A stretch of DNA of 64,000 bases from Squalus acanthias (Eukaryota): NCBI GenBank assembly GCA_030390025.1, contig CM059432.1:15688001-15752000 (forward strand). The letters are read 5' to 3'. The translations under genes and the position numbers were made by a program. Positions 11,781-24,303 of this stretch are shown here, piece by piece; within the stretch, counting starts at the first letter, position 1; each line of letters opens with the position of its first letter. A model generated the notes under the pieces. It was given only the letters and a program-made list of their open reading frames with translations, had not been told where the DNA came from and ran no database searches.

Positions 11781-12559
11781 TTCATTCAATGGATGTGTCC
11801 GAGTGACGGCGCCAAATGCAGTCAGTCAAACACAGGACTGGACACTGTAATATTATAACAATGCTTTCAATTGGAAACATTTGAAGCTAATACAGCCTGT
11901 GATGTGTAAAGCTGGAGTGCACAATCCTGATGGAACTATCTGACATGCTTTATCTTGCCACAAATGCAGAAAGTTGAGCTGGTTCTTCAGACAGCACTTG
12001 AAAAGGCTTTGAATAGCTATGGAAATAACTGATGAGAGTGCCTGAAGGCCTTGTTAATAATGGGCTACGTGTCCAATTACATGTGGGCTTTGAAGTGTGC
12101 CCATGATAGTCGTTTAGTTATTAAAATGAAATCGGCGTTGGATTGTGACGCCTACCAGCAGGCTGATCAAAGTAATATTCACTGCCGACTAGTGAGAAGT
12201 TATCTCGACTGAATATCTGACCTTTATATACTTCTTCTATAACTGCTGTAATCATTCTCGCTTTGATTTTTCAGAAAGAAGGAGATAGCCATGTGTTGCA
12301 AGCTGAACATTTCTTAAGAATTGTCTATGTGATAGATATAGATATATATATATTATAATATATATAAGTTGGTACATCTGGGAGTGATGCATATTGAAAG
12401 GGGAATTGTTGCAGAATTTGTTTCTGGTCATTGTAGCTCCCCCCCCCCCCCCCCCATGACCCGAGGAAGGCCTGTACAGGCCAGTGAGTTGAAAGACATC
12501 TCATTGATCTGTATTGGTTGGTTAAGCTAGTATTAGGAGCAATTTGGTCATTGACAGAA

Positions 12560-12823
12560 TTACATTTGGGGAGTTGAGGAGAAATCTTTTCACCCAGAGG
12601 GTGGTGTGGGTCTGGAACTCACTGCCTGAAAGGGTGGTAGAGGCAGAGACCCCCATCACATTTAAAAAAAATACTTGGATATCCACTTGAAGTGCCGTAA
12701 GCTACAAGGCTACGGACCAAGAGCTGGAAAGTGGAATTCGGCTGGATGGCTTTTTGTCGGTTGGCGCGGACAAGATGGGCCGAATGGCCTCTTTCTGTGC
12801 TGCAAATTTCTATGCTTCTATGA
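12560..12823 (+). mobile_element. CR1 LINE 3' end
   Basis: Matches 63040-63283 (FFTQRVV.VWNSLP region and ttctatg tail). Confidence 0.8.
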
Positions 12824-12984
12824 TCTGGCCTAATTCACGCACATGCGATTTCATTGACTAGCGATGAGGAGCAGGACCCCTGTTTGATGGTTTTTTCCCC
12901 CCAGCCCAGGGGCACTGAAGCCGATTTGGTGCAACTTAACTGCTGCCCCTGCAGAGGTTAGCTAACTCGGTCTCTTTGTTCGTC

Positions 12985-13766
12985 CCAGGCGGTATTTTGG
13001 AAAAAAAATGCTTCCAAGCTATTTTTGATTTCCCTTTTGTGGGACCAGGAGCGGCAGGAGAGACCCTTCGGGGCGTCACAAGAGTACTGTGAGCCGCCGC
13101 CGCGCTGGGCTCATGCCTCCATGTGGTCGGAAGTACTCCACTGGCCAACGAGCGAGCTGGGGCAGGGTGCCCATTCGCCAGCTCGCCAAGGCTATTGTAA
13201 TGAAGCCCGAGCCTCAAAATGGCTGAGGCCTCTTCACAGGCCGAATGGGGGTGTGGTTGGCACATTCCACTGTGGCTGGGCGGACCGGTTCAAAATCGGG
13301 TCAGTTAAGTCAGTAGACTTGGTGCCCTATTAACAACGAAGCTCCGGCTGTCGCCATTTTGAAAGGGCCCTTCCCTAAGGCGGCCGGAGTACCCGCCTGT
13401 TTCAGGCGGTAGGCCTCTTGATTATGACGTAGTTAGGTCTGCGATTGCAATTTTGAGGGACGTGTGGGTGGAGCGGGCATCGCACACCCTCTGCCCATGT
13501 GGCCACTCCAAAAAACAGCCCAGAAGTGCTTCTGGGTTATGTTATCGTGGAGGCAGGAGGAGCAGGAATCGCCCCTTCTCCCACCGCATTTGCACCCCGC
13601 GCCCCCAACTTCCTCAACCGGGACCTACCTGTGGGACAGCGCAATGCCCGAGCTGCCCAATATTGTGCTGGGGCCACAACTGCACCAGGACGCGCGATCG
13701 CAGCGTCCACTTGACGGGCGGCTGCCGCACTCCACCAATTACTGCCCAAAAGTGCAAATCGGCCCC
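12985..13766. mobile_element. GC-rich non-autonomous DNA-transposon-like sequence (left end unclear)
   Basis: CpG-rich; ends gcaaatcggcccc like the other MITEs; YY1-like motifs. Confidence 0.4.
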
Positions 13767-13778
13767 AGGAGTACAAGA

Positions 13779-14500
13779 ACAACTTGCATTTATATAGCGC
13801 CTTTAATGTAGTCAAATGTTGCAAGGTGCTTCACAGGAGTGTTATCAAACACAATTTGACACCGCACCACATAAGGAGATCTGGTCAAAGAGTCAGTGTC
13901 AGCTGTGACTCAGTTGGTAGCACACTCGCCTCAGAGTCAGAAGGTTGTGGGTTCAAGTCCCACTCCAGGGACTTCAGCACATAAATCTAGGCTGGCACTC
14001 CAGTGCAGTACTGAGGGAGTGCTGCACTGTCTGAGGTACCGTCTTTCGGATGAGATGTTAAACCAAGGCCCCGTCTGCTCTCTCAGGTGGACGTAAAAGA
14101 TCCCACGGCACTATTTCGAAGAAGAGCAGGGGAGTTATCCCTGGTGTCCAGGCCAATATTTATCCCTCAACCAACATAACAAAAACAGATTATCTGGTCA
14201 TTATCACATTGCTGTTTGTGGGAGCTTGCTGTGCGCCAATTGACTGCCGTGTTTCCCACATTACAACAGTGACTCCACTTCATTGGCTGTAAAGCGCTTT
14301 GAGATGTCTGGTGGTCGTGAAAGGCGCTATATAAATGCAAGTCTTTCTTTCTTCTTTTAAGGAGCATCTTAAAGGAGGAGGGAGAGGTAGAGAGGCGAAA
14401 AGGTTTAGGGAGGGAATTCCAGAGCTTTGGGCCTAGGCAACTGAAGGCACGGCCGCCAATGGTGGAGCGATGAGAATCGGCACTGCACAGGCGGCCAGAA
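13779..14500 (-). mobile_element. L2-type LINE 3' end interrupted by the SINE at 13896-14356
   Basis: L2 tail runs 13779-13895 and resumes at ~14357 (ttaaggagcatcttaaaggagg), collinear with the intact copies at 29852 and 53787. Confidence 0.8.
13896..14356 (+). mobile_element. tRNA-derived DeuSINE (SacSINE1-like), full length
   Basis: A-box-like gactcagttgg, B-box ggttcaagtcc, central Deu-like domain, L2-like tail aaggcgctatataaatgcaagtc(tttc)n. Confidence 0.85.
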
Positions 14501-14890
14501 TTCGACTACTGAAGATCTTGAAACACTGCATGTGCATATGTCCCAGACTGAAAACACTTCATAATGACAACCGCAGAAACTCCTCCTCTGCTCAGTACTT
14601 ACTCAGTCACTTACTTATTTATACCGTGCCATTTTGCAATAATTTTTCAAGCTGTTGTGGTGCCTTTAACCCTGGATGATGAGAAATTAGTCCGAGTTGA
14701 TGTATTTTGTATGATGATAATTTGCCTGTGTTAACAGAACCTGTGGCTGCCATTAGGAAAAAAGCATGGCTAAGTGGCCTTAATCGAATTCAGTCTCTGA
14801 AACGTCTTGAGATACACACTGCCTGGTGTCTTTGGTGAAACAAGGTGATGTTACATATTTTAATGGGATTATAGTGGAGGACCTCTTGGT

Positions 14891-16059
14891 TTGGTTTTTT
14901 CTTCTTAGGCAGTCCCTCGGAACCGAGGATGACTTGCTTCCACATTAAAAATGAGTTCTCAGGTGACTGATGAGTCCAATGCTGGATCTACAGTCTCTGT
15001 CACAGGTGGGGCAGACGGTGGTTGAAGGGGCGGGTGGGTGGGGTGCTTGGGTTGACGTGCACTCCTTGCGCTGCCTGCGCTTGGCTTCCGCTTGCTCCCG
15101 GCGAAGAGACTCGGTGTTCGGCGCCTTCCCGGATGCTTCTCCTCCACTTTGTGTGGTCTTGGGTCAGGGATTCCCAGCTGTCGGTGGGAATGTTGCACTT
15201 TTTCAAGGAGGCTTTGAGGGTGTCCTTGAAGCGTTTCCTCTGCCCACCTGGGGCTCTCTTGCCATGCCGGAGCTCCGAGTAACATAGAAACATAGAAGAT
15301 AGGAGCAGGAGTAGGCCATTCGGCCCCTCTAGCCTGCTCCGCCATTCAATGCGATCATGGCTGATCATCCAAATTCAGTACCCTGTCCCTGCTTTCTCCC
15401 CATATCCCTTGATCCCTTTAGCCTTAAGAAATATATCCAACTCCTTCTTGAATATATTTAATGAATTGGCCTCTACTGCCTTCTGTGGTAGAGAATTCCA
15501 CAGGTTCACCACTCTCTGGGTGAAGAAATTCCTCCTCATTTCTGTCCTAAATGGCTTACCCCTTACCCTTAGACTGTGACCCCAGGTTCTGGACTCCCCG
15601 ACTATCGGGAACATCCTTCCTGTATCTAGTCAGTCCAGTCCTGTCAGAATTTTATAAGTTTCAATGAGATCCCCTCTCATTCTTCTAAACTCCAGCGAGT
15701 ATAAGCCCAATCGACCCAATCTCTCCTCATTAGTCATTCCTGCCATCCCAGGTATCAGCCTGGTGAATCTTCGCTGCACTCCTTCCATGGCAAGAACCTC
15801 CTTCCTCAGATAAGGCGACCAAAACTGCACACAATACTCAAGGTGTGGTCTCACCAAGGCCCTGTACAGCTGCAGCAAGACATCCTTGTTCCTGTACTCA
15901 AACCCTCTCGCTACCAAGGCCAACATACCATTTGCCGCCTTAACCGCCTGCTGCACCTGCATGCTTACCTTCAGAGTAGAGCGCTTGTTTTGGGAATCTC
16001 GTATCGGGCATGCGGACAATGTGACCCGTCCATCGGAGCTGATCGAGCGTGGTCAAAGC
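14891..16059 (-). mobile_element. RTE (BovB-like) LINE 3' part with a CR1 nested inside
   Basis: YSELRHGKRAPGGQRKRFKDTLKASLKK; 21-bp TSD tatagtggaggacc(t/c)cttggt at 14870-14890 and 16060-16080. Confidence 0.88.
15282..15973 (-). mobile_element. CR1 LINE 3' part nested in the RTE
   Basis: LYRALVRPHLEYCVQFWSPYLRK...FFTQRVVNLWNSLP; GAGTA duplicated at 15277-15281 and 15974-15978. Confidence 0.9.
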
Positions 16060-16831
16060 TATAGTGGAGGACCCCTTGGTACTGACAAGACACTTACACA
16101 GGGCTGTTTACACTGTTTAAAACGTGTTTGGTAGTAAGTGGGCGAACAGGAAAGAATGCTGAAAAGTGGGCTTTGATTCTCATCCTCCCACGGTAATTAG
16201 CCAAATGGGTTTGGGGAAAGCTATTTGTAGATCTCACGACTTCTTTCCTGTCGCAAACTTACTGTTTCCTCTTGACCCCCAGCTGTTTTTTCACAGGTTC
16301 CTGGTTGGTGGCTGCTGCCGTTGCTTTTGTTTCCACTCGGCATGTTTTCTAATTACTTTAGCCAGCCCTGAATGGCTTTACGCATTGCTGCTTTTTCTCA
16401 AGTACGTGAAAGAAGCTGTTTCGATGTGAAATCTAATTGCAAATTCATTTTCTGTGAGCCGGGTTTTAGGTTAACAGAGGTTGCCAGGGGTTAAGAAACA
16501 GTTAAACGACACATTTGCTGTGCTGGTGTTGGAGTGTGCACAGCATGTTAATGTTGAACTAGAAGCTCAGTACGTGACAACCCAAAGTCGGTTGCCATTG
16601 GCGTTAAAAGTGACCGCGGGTTGAAGCCAAAAGCGACTCGACTTGTATTTATTTTAAAGTTGGGGGGGGTGGAGCGTGACAGATTTGTTTATCGGAGAGA
16701 AGGAGTTGCGCTCAGCATTTTACAGGGGGTGGGGGGGGGGGGGGGGAGACATTCTGGCCCAGTAACACGATTGTGAAAGGCTTAACGTGTTCTTGAAAGG
16801 CGAATTGCTGTTGCATGTGGTTTACCGGCTG

Positions 16832-17289
16832 TGTGTCAGTCGTGGCTCAGTTGGTAGCTCACTCGCCTCTGAAGTCTTGTGGGTTCAAGTCCCACTCCAG
16901 AGACTTCAGCACATAAACGAAGCTGACACTCCAGTGCAGTGCTGAGGGAGTGCTACACTGTCGGAGGTGCCGTCTTTCGGATGAGACGTTAAACCGAGGC
17001 CTGTCTGCCCTCTCAGGTGGAAGTAAAAGATCCCATGGCACTATTTCGAAGAAGGGGAGGGGAGTTCTTCCCGGTGTCCTGGCCAATATTTATCCCTCAA
17101 TCAACATAACAAAAACAGATTATCTTGTCATTATCACATTGTTGTTTATGGGATCTTGCTGTGCGCAAATTGGCTGCCACGTCTCCTACATTACAACAGT
17201 GACTCCACTTCAAAAAAAGTACTTCATTGGCTGTAAAGTGCTTTGGGAGAACTTGAGGTTGTGAAATGCGCCATATAAATGCAAGTTCT
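16832..17289 (+). mobile_element. DeuSINE (SacSINE1-like), full length
   Basis: Collinear with 13896-14356. Confidence 0.85.
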
Positions 17290-17473
17290 CATACGGCCTT
17301 ATAGGTTGAGAAATTTGGTTTACACCTTATACGAATGCAGAACTCCCGCCCCCTCCAATTTTCTTCCTTCATCTATGCGCCAGCTCTTTGCATGTGGTAG
17401 TGAACGTCGGTTGGATACACAACCATGATGGCTGTCATACCCGAGGGCTCTGATTATGTCCACACCCAACATC

Positions 17474-17498
17474 CACACACACACACACACACACACAC
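17474..17498. repeat. (CA)n microsatellite
   Basis: Direct reading. Confidence 0.9.
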
Positions 17499-18185
17499 AA
17501 GTACTTTCCGCAGGAGTCATGAGATGGATAGGAGGAGACTTTGCTGATATTCCTCCAAGTCAGGGGCATGGAGGCCCGCTGTGTCACCACTGCTGCCACG
17601 CCTGCTAATTTAGCACAGACTGCGTATCCGATACTACAGCATGGAAACCGGTGCTGTTTCTGACACTGGAGGGATGTCCTTCTGCCAAGATGCCCCTGTT
17701 ACTGAGGGTCCTCAGTGTGGTGACTTTTACCCACTGTGTTGCCCCTTATAATTCTGTTACAGTAAGTCTTTAGAACCAGAGTCTAGCCATGCTTCAGTAT
17801 CAGAAATTTACCATCAAGCGTCCAGTTCAATTTGGATCTTGCTTGTGCTGCAAGATCCCCAAAAGGCATTGGTTCAGTAATACACTTGCATTTCCTGGCT
17901 GCATCTCCATATTATTGTAAGCTATTTAAATTGACCCTTTGTCAATGCACCACAACACAGCTGTTTAATTATTTAAAAGTAAGCAGTGGTGCCTCAATTA
18001 GTTTATTTTTGTGTGTCTGTTGACCAAAGTGCTATTCTCAGCATAGACAGTTGGCCAGTGAAATGTTGCCATGGTTATACATTGTGCATTGCATTTGGAG
18101 CGCTGCTGAGAAATTCAGTGGCTATCTGGTATGTGCAGCCAGTGCAATGGCCCGTAGTAAACCTGCCTAGTAAACATCTGTCTGA

Positions 18186-18880
18186 GGCTGAACCACACTG
18201 TTCGCAACCTTGGTGTCATATTTGACCCTGAAATGACCTTCCAACCACATATCCGCAGCATAACAAAGACCGCTATTTCCACCTCCGTAACATCGCCTGT
18301 CTCCGCCCTTGCCTCAGCTCATCTGCTGCTGTAACCCTCATCCATGCCTTTGTTACCTCTAGACTTGACTATTCCAACGCTCTCCTGGCTGGCCTCCCAC
18401 ATTCCACCCTGCGTAAACTTGAGGTCATCCAAAACTCGGCTGCCCGTGTCCTAACTAGCACCAAGTCCCGTTCTCCCATCACCCCTGTGCTCACTGACCT
18501 ACACTGGCTCCCGGTTAAGCAGCGCCTCGATTTTCAAAATTCTCATCCTTGTTTTCAAATCCCTCCATGGCCTCACCCTGCCCTATCATGTAATCTCCTT
18601 CAGCCCCACAACCCCCTGCGCTCCTCTAAATCTGCCCTCTTGAGCATCCCTGATTATAATCGCTCCACCATTGGTGGCCGTACCTTCTGTTGCCTAGGCC
18701 CTAAGCTCTAGAATTCCCTGCCTAAACCTCTCCGCCTCTCTTTCCTACTTTAAGACGCTCCTTAAAACCTCTTTGACAAACTTTTGGTCACCTGCCCTAA
18801 TTTCTCCTTATAATACTCCTGTGAAGCGCCTTGGGATGTTTTACTACGTTAAAGGCGCTCTATAAATACAAGTTGTTGTT
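18186..18880 (+). mobile_element. L2 LINE 3' part
   Basis: SRLDYSNALLAGLP...IQNSAARVL...ITPVLTDLHWLPV motifs of L2 ORF2; (GTT)n tail. Confidence 0.88.
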
Positions 18881-19004
18881 GCCTCTGTGAGCTTGGCCTT
18901 CCTTCCTGGTATAAGAAAATGGTGCGGACCGTGGACTAATATCTGGACTGATGCAAACCTGGATCTTGACCTGAGCCTACTTGTGGTACAAAGTACAGGC
19001 GTGA

Positions 19005-19562
19005 ATCATAGAAGTTTATGCCACAGAAGGAGGCCATTCGGCCCATTGTGTCTGTGCTGGCTGACAATGAGCTATCCCGACTAATCCCACTTTGCAGCTC
19101 CTGATCCGTAGTCTTGTAGGTTACGGCACTTCAGGTGCATATCCAAGTACGCTTCAGAGGCGATGTGTGTTTCTGCCTCTGTCACACTTTCAGGCAGTGA
19201 GTTCCAGACCCCCACCACCCTCTGCGTGAAAAAATTTCTCCCCAACTCCCCTCTAATCCTTCTACCAATTACTTTAAATCTGTGCCCCCTGGTTATTGAC
19301 CTCTCTGCAAAGGGAAATAGGTCCTTCCTATCCACTCTATCTAGGCCCCTCATAATTTTATACACCTCAATCAAGTCTCCCCTCAGCTTCCTCTGTTCCA
19401 AAGATAACAACCCCAGCCTATCCAATCTTTCCTCATAGCTAAAATTCTCCAGTCCTGGCAACATTCCTCGTAAATCTCCTCTGTACCCTCTCTAGTGCAA
19501 TCACATCTTTCCTGTAATGTGGTGACCAGAACTGTACGCAGGATTCTAGCTGTGGCCTAACT
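19005..19562 (-). mobile_element. CR1 LINE 3' part
   Basis: ORF 19081-19464 SYEERLDRLGL...RGDLIEVYKIM...WNSLP. Confidence 0.9.
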
Positions 19563-19734
19563 GTGCTACTCAATTTGGATTTCTTACATTTTGACTTTCC
19601 TAAGAGTCACCCTCTGGTGCCTCCTCAGTATTTACATTGGACAAAGTTCAGTGGTGGACTATCAACATCTTAAGAATCATATGCAATTCTTCAATGCTGA
19701 AGTGCCATTCCAATAATGGACCAAACGTCAAGGG

Positions 19735-20188
19735 ACGTGGCTCAGTGGGTAACACACTCGCCTCCGAGTCAGAAGGTTGTGGGTTCAAGTCCCACTCCAG
19801 GGACTTGAGCACATAAAGCTAGGCTGACACTCCAGTGCAGTGCTGAGTGAGTGCTGCACTGTCGGAGGTGCCGTCTTTTGGATGAGACGTTAAACTGAGG
19901 CCCCGTTTGCTCTCTCAGGTGGACGTAAAAGATCCCATGGCACTATTTTGAAGAAGAGTATCCCCAGAGTCCTGGCCAATATTTCTCTCCCTCAACCAAC
20001 ATAACAAAAACAGATTATCTGGGCATTTTCACGTTGCTGTTTGTGGGAGCTTGCTGTGCGCAGATTGGCTGCCGCACCACAACAGTGACTCCACTTCAAA
20101 AGTACTTCATTGGCTGTAAAGCGCTTTGAGACATCCGGTGGTCGTGAAAGGCGCTATATAAATGCAAGTCTATCTTTCTTCTTTCTTT
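19735..20188 (+). mobile_element. DeuSINE (SacSINE1-like)
   Basis: Collinear with the other copies. Confidence 0.85.
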
Positions 20189-21858
20189 CAATTGCTGCTA
20201 GACCTGCCCTGGACATGTGTGGGGTGTAGGATTCGCTGGCCTTGTGGAAGCTGGCAAAGGCAGGCCCGTTCACGTGGGTGGCATTCCATCGCCTTAGAGA
20301 GGCGAGCATGATTGGCTGCAGCGGACACATGGTCCCGTGCAGGAGAGATCACGGACAACTGGCTGCCGCACAGCTCAATGAAGAAATGAAAGAACTCTCT
20401 CACACTGCACTCTGCCTCCGCAGCAACCAATCACACTTGTCTACCTGACCGGTTAATGAAGGAATGACATCCCCACACCCCCACGGCACCCAACGTCCCA
20501 TTTCGAATTAACTGCGACGAGGTCAGTGCTAGAAAACGTTGACAGAATATTGACCAGTAAGTTACCCGTCTCCTCTCCCGATGAGATTGTTCGTTTCCTT
20601 TTGAGGTTTGTATGGCAGGATGAAGTTTGTTCATTTAGGATTGATTTCAGCATTGTGTTTGGATTTGGAAACCAGTCCCACAGGCTGTGGATAGGTTACT
20701 GAACAGGGCTAAAAGTTGTAGAGAGGTTTTTGCAGTTAGAATTGTGTGCCTAGTCCGAGTGGGTGGATTCCCAGCATTTATGAGTTTTGATAGGAGTTTT
20801 AAAAATATGTATCGTTGGTGAGGCTATTAAGCGACTCATTGTTTTGTGGTTTATTTTCAGTACTTGGGATATTATATTAATCTACTTGTTGAGCTCTCTG
20901 AATTCAGATTTCATCTTTATTTTGCTCAAGAGAAAAAAAGACTTGGGTTTTTATATTGCACGTTTCACGACCTCAGGATGTCCTAAAGCACTTTACAAGC
21001 AGTAAACTACTTTTGAAGTGTAGTCACTATTGTAAACCCGGCTCTAGGAAAGCTATGTATTATCATTTGGAAGGGGTTGCAGAGTACTAGCGGGTTACCC
21101 GTGCGTGCATTGGTTGGGGGGGGGGGGGAGAATCAGGCCCTATCTTTGCTGTAAATGCAAACTTGGTCAGCTCTTTGCAAGTATACAGTTTCTTATTCTG
21201 AGCTTTGAAAGGTTGACCACTCCTGTGCCAAATGATTAACGTGAACTCGCACTAGGAAATGTGCTCTTGCGAAGGAGTTAAATATCAGCTTGTGCCTGTC
21301 GGCTAAACTGTGCTTTGTCTCTTGCTCCTAAAAGAAGCAAATAATTGCAATGTATTCTGTATTTTACAAATTTTCATATTTTCAAGTCACTTTTTATTTA
21401 ATCCACTTGTTTTTGTACTAAATTTAAAATTGTCTCCCAGTGAGATGTTCTAAGTTTGTGGCTGTGCGTTGAAAGAATTTGTAATGGAAGTGTGATACTT
21501 GGAATGGTGGATGTAAAGGTTAACTTCAGGGCCATGTGATATCCTGTAGCCTGTTGCATCGAGCAAAACCAGACACCTCCTAGTAAAGGTCTGTCATGTT
21601 TTGTTCAATTTTTAACTAGCTGCTAAAATTTCCAACATTGCTCACTTGTTCTGCTCATAAAGCAATTGTAGCTACGGTCCATTCCAAACTCTTATACACA
21701 ATCAGGTAGTAAAAACAGTTAACTTTCTATTCACATTGTGCACCCTTCAGTAACTCAGCTATAGTGGTCATGATGCGGAGATGCCGGCGTTGGACTGGGG
21801 TGGACAAAAATGAGAAGTCGCACAACACCAGGTTATAGTCCAACAGATTTATTTAAAA

Positions 21859-21896
21859 TTACAAGCTTTCGGAGCTGTCGCCCCTTCCTCAGGTAA
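21859..21896 (-). ncRNA. Minimal hammerhead ribozyme-like motif (mirror copy)
   Basis: Same motif on the - strand with stem II ggggc gaca gctcc. Confidence 0.65.
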
Positions 21897-22669
21897 AGTT
21901 ACAATGAGTGAATCTACAATATTTCACAGTATATAAACACAGAAACTGCAGAGATACAATCTTTCAGGGAAGGTGTCCTTACATCAAAGACACACCAAGA
22001 GCACAGCCAAGACAATGAGATGTGTCACAGGGGGTCCAACGTGTCAAATCCTGCTGTCTGCAGTGTTTTTTTTGGGTTGTTTTTTTGTGTTTTTTAAAAA
22101 CTGGAAAGACAGACAACGATGTCGAGTCACGTTCTGTAGCGTGACATGAACCCGATATCCCTATTGAGGCCGTCCTCATGGGTGCGGAACTTGGCTATCA
22201 GTTTCTGCTCGATGATTTTGCGTTGTCGTGTGTCTCGAAGGCCGCCTTGGAGAACGCTAACCCGCAGATCCGAGGCTGAATTCAGCCTCGGATCTGCGGG
22301 TTAGCGTTCTCCAAGGCGGCCTTCGAGACACACGACAACGCAAAATCATCGAGCAGAAACTGATAGCCAAGTTCCGCACCCATGAGGACGGCCTCAATAG
22401 GGATATCGGGTTCATGTCACGCTACAGAACGTGACTCGACATCGTTGTCTGTCTTTCCAGTTTTTAAAAAAAAACACAAAAAAAACAAACCCAAAAAAAA
22501 AACTGCAGACAGAAGGATTTGACACGTTGGACCCCCTGTGACACATCTCATTGTCTTGGCTGTGCTCTTGGTGTGTCTTTGATGTAAGGACACCTTCCCT
22601 GAAAGATTGTATCTCTGCAGTTTCTGTGTTTATATACTGTGAAATATTGTAGATTCACTCATTGTAACT

Positions 22670-22707
22670 TTACCTGAGGAAGGGGCGACAGCTTCGAAAG
22701 CTTGTAA
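22670..22707 (+). ncRNA. Minimal hammerhead ribozyme-like motif (Penelope pLTR type)
   Basis: ttac-CTGAGGA-a-ggggc gaca gcttc-GAAA-gc-tt-gtaa: core boxes, stem II hairpin, stem I ttac/gtaa, palindromic AGCT in place of stem III. Confidence 0.65.
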
Positions 22708-23184
22708 TTTTAAATAAATCTGTTGGACTATAACCTGGTGTTGTGCGACTTCTCATTTTCAGCTATAGTGAGCAGACCAAGAATATGTCCATCAATATTT
22801 TCTTCAAGAACTGTATAATTACAAAGGGAATGGTAGCTTATAGACAGAACCCACTCAATGGTTCAATCTCTGTAAATTGTTCCCATTGTATTTACGATAT
22901 AATATTCACACCTGCTGTGGAAACCAACAAGTCTCAATGAGCCTTGCAAAATTGGATTGTATTTACCATTGAGAAGACTAGTTGGTTTGATACTGAGCCA
23001 TCCAGACCAAGAAGGTCATAAGTTTGATTTCTGATCTAGTTGATCTTGCTGATCTCAGTGGGATAGCATCGGTACCCCAAGAGCAGGAAGAAAATAAATC
23101 AATCAGGGTTTCTACTGCTACAGAGCACTTTGTAAGAACCTATATCCATTCTAAAAGGACTGTTTCGAACATGCTGTTTTATTG

Positions 23185-23652
23185 AAGTCCCATTCACCTA
23201 CCACCCCTGTGCTCGCTGACCTACATTGGTTCCCGGTCCAGCAACATCTCAATTTAAAAATTCTCATCCTTGTGTTCAAATCCCTCCATGGCCTCACCCC
23301 TCCCTAGCTCTGTAATCTCCTCCAGCCCCACAACCCCCTGAGATATCTGCGCTCCTCTAATTCTACCCTCTTGAGCATCCCTGATTATAATCGCTCAATC
23401 TTCGGTGGCCGCGCCTTCAGCTGCCAAGGCCCGAAGCTCTGGAAATCCCTGCTTAAACCTCCACCTCCACCTCTCTCTGCTGCTTTAAGACGCTCCTTAA
23501 AACCTACCTTTCTGAGCAAGCTTTTGGTCATCTGTCTTAATATCTCCTTATGTGGCTTGGTGTCAAATTTTGTTTGATAACTCTCCTGTGAAGCGCCTTG
23601 AGACGTTTTACTATGTTAAAGGCGCTATATAAATGCAAGTTGTTGTTGTTGA
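23185..23652 (+). mobile_element. L2 LINE 3' end
   Basis: Collinear with 18460-18880; (GTT)n tail. Confidence 0.85.
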
Positions 23653-24199
23653 TATTAGGAACTATTACCAAAGAAAACTGATTGGCAGATGTAACAAGGG
23701 TTACCCAGAATATATTGACATTTTTTTGTGATTTAGTTTGGGAGAACATGCTTATGGTCTGGGTGCAGTGGAAAGCATTCAGGTACAAACTGACCCACGT
23801 GTGGTATCAAACTCAATTGCAACCTTAGTTTCAACATCCCCCCCCCCCTCCCATTGTTTATTTTCTCCTGTCTTTTTTTGATGTCTCCTTGCTGCACCTC
23901 ATTCCTAGCCAGGTTTGGATGTGAAGGAGGGAAGGGAAAGATGGAGGAACAGCACAGTTCTATTCCCAGACCCTTGCAAAAATCAAATGCTGCTAACATT
24001 ATTTATCTTCATTCCTCATTCTGCTTGTCAAACTTTGTGTAGAATCTGCAACACATTATAAAGCTATATGATAAATCTTGCCAGCAAAGAAGAGAGCAAA
24101 ATTGGAGTGTATTTAACATTGAGAAGACTAGTTGGTTTGATACTGATCCTGTGTAGGGAAAGTGATACAGCAAGCCATGAATTCAGAAATCATTCTTCT

Positions 24200-24303
24200 T
24201 TCCCACATTACAACAGCGACTACACTTCAAAAGTACTTCATTGGCTGTAAAGCGCTTTGACGTCCGGTGGTCGTGAAAGGCGCTATATAAATGCAAGTCT
24301 TTT
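24200..24303 (+). mobile_element. DeuSINE 3' fragment (similar fragments at ~20936-21035 - and ~29770-29840 +)
   Basis: cattacaacagcgactacacttcaaaagtacttcattggctgtaaagcgc tail. Confidence 0.75.

Larger units (their letters stand above)
21767..22758. mobile_element. Penelope-like retroelement: two 3' ends fused head-to-head as a perfect palindrome
   Basis: Symmetry axis at 22280/22281; 22282-22434 encodes a GIY-YIG C-terminus SASDLRVSVLQGGLRDTRQRKIIEQKLIAKFRTHEDGLNRDIGFMSRYRT*; TSD tcagctatagtg at 21755-21766 and 22759-22770. Confidence 0.9.

Noticed and set aside
22278..22283. EcoRI site GAATTC at the palindrome axis, suggesting a cloning or assembly artefact
   Set aside because: Any perfect palindrome has a palindromic centre. 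The arms differ at several positions and the unit has a 12-bp TSD, which favours a real insertion; read-level confirmation is still needed.
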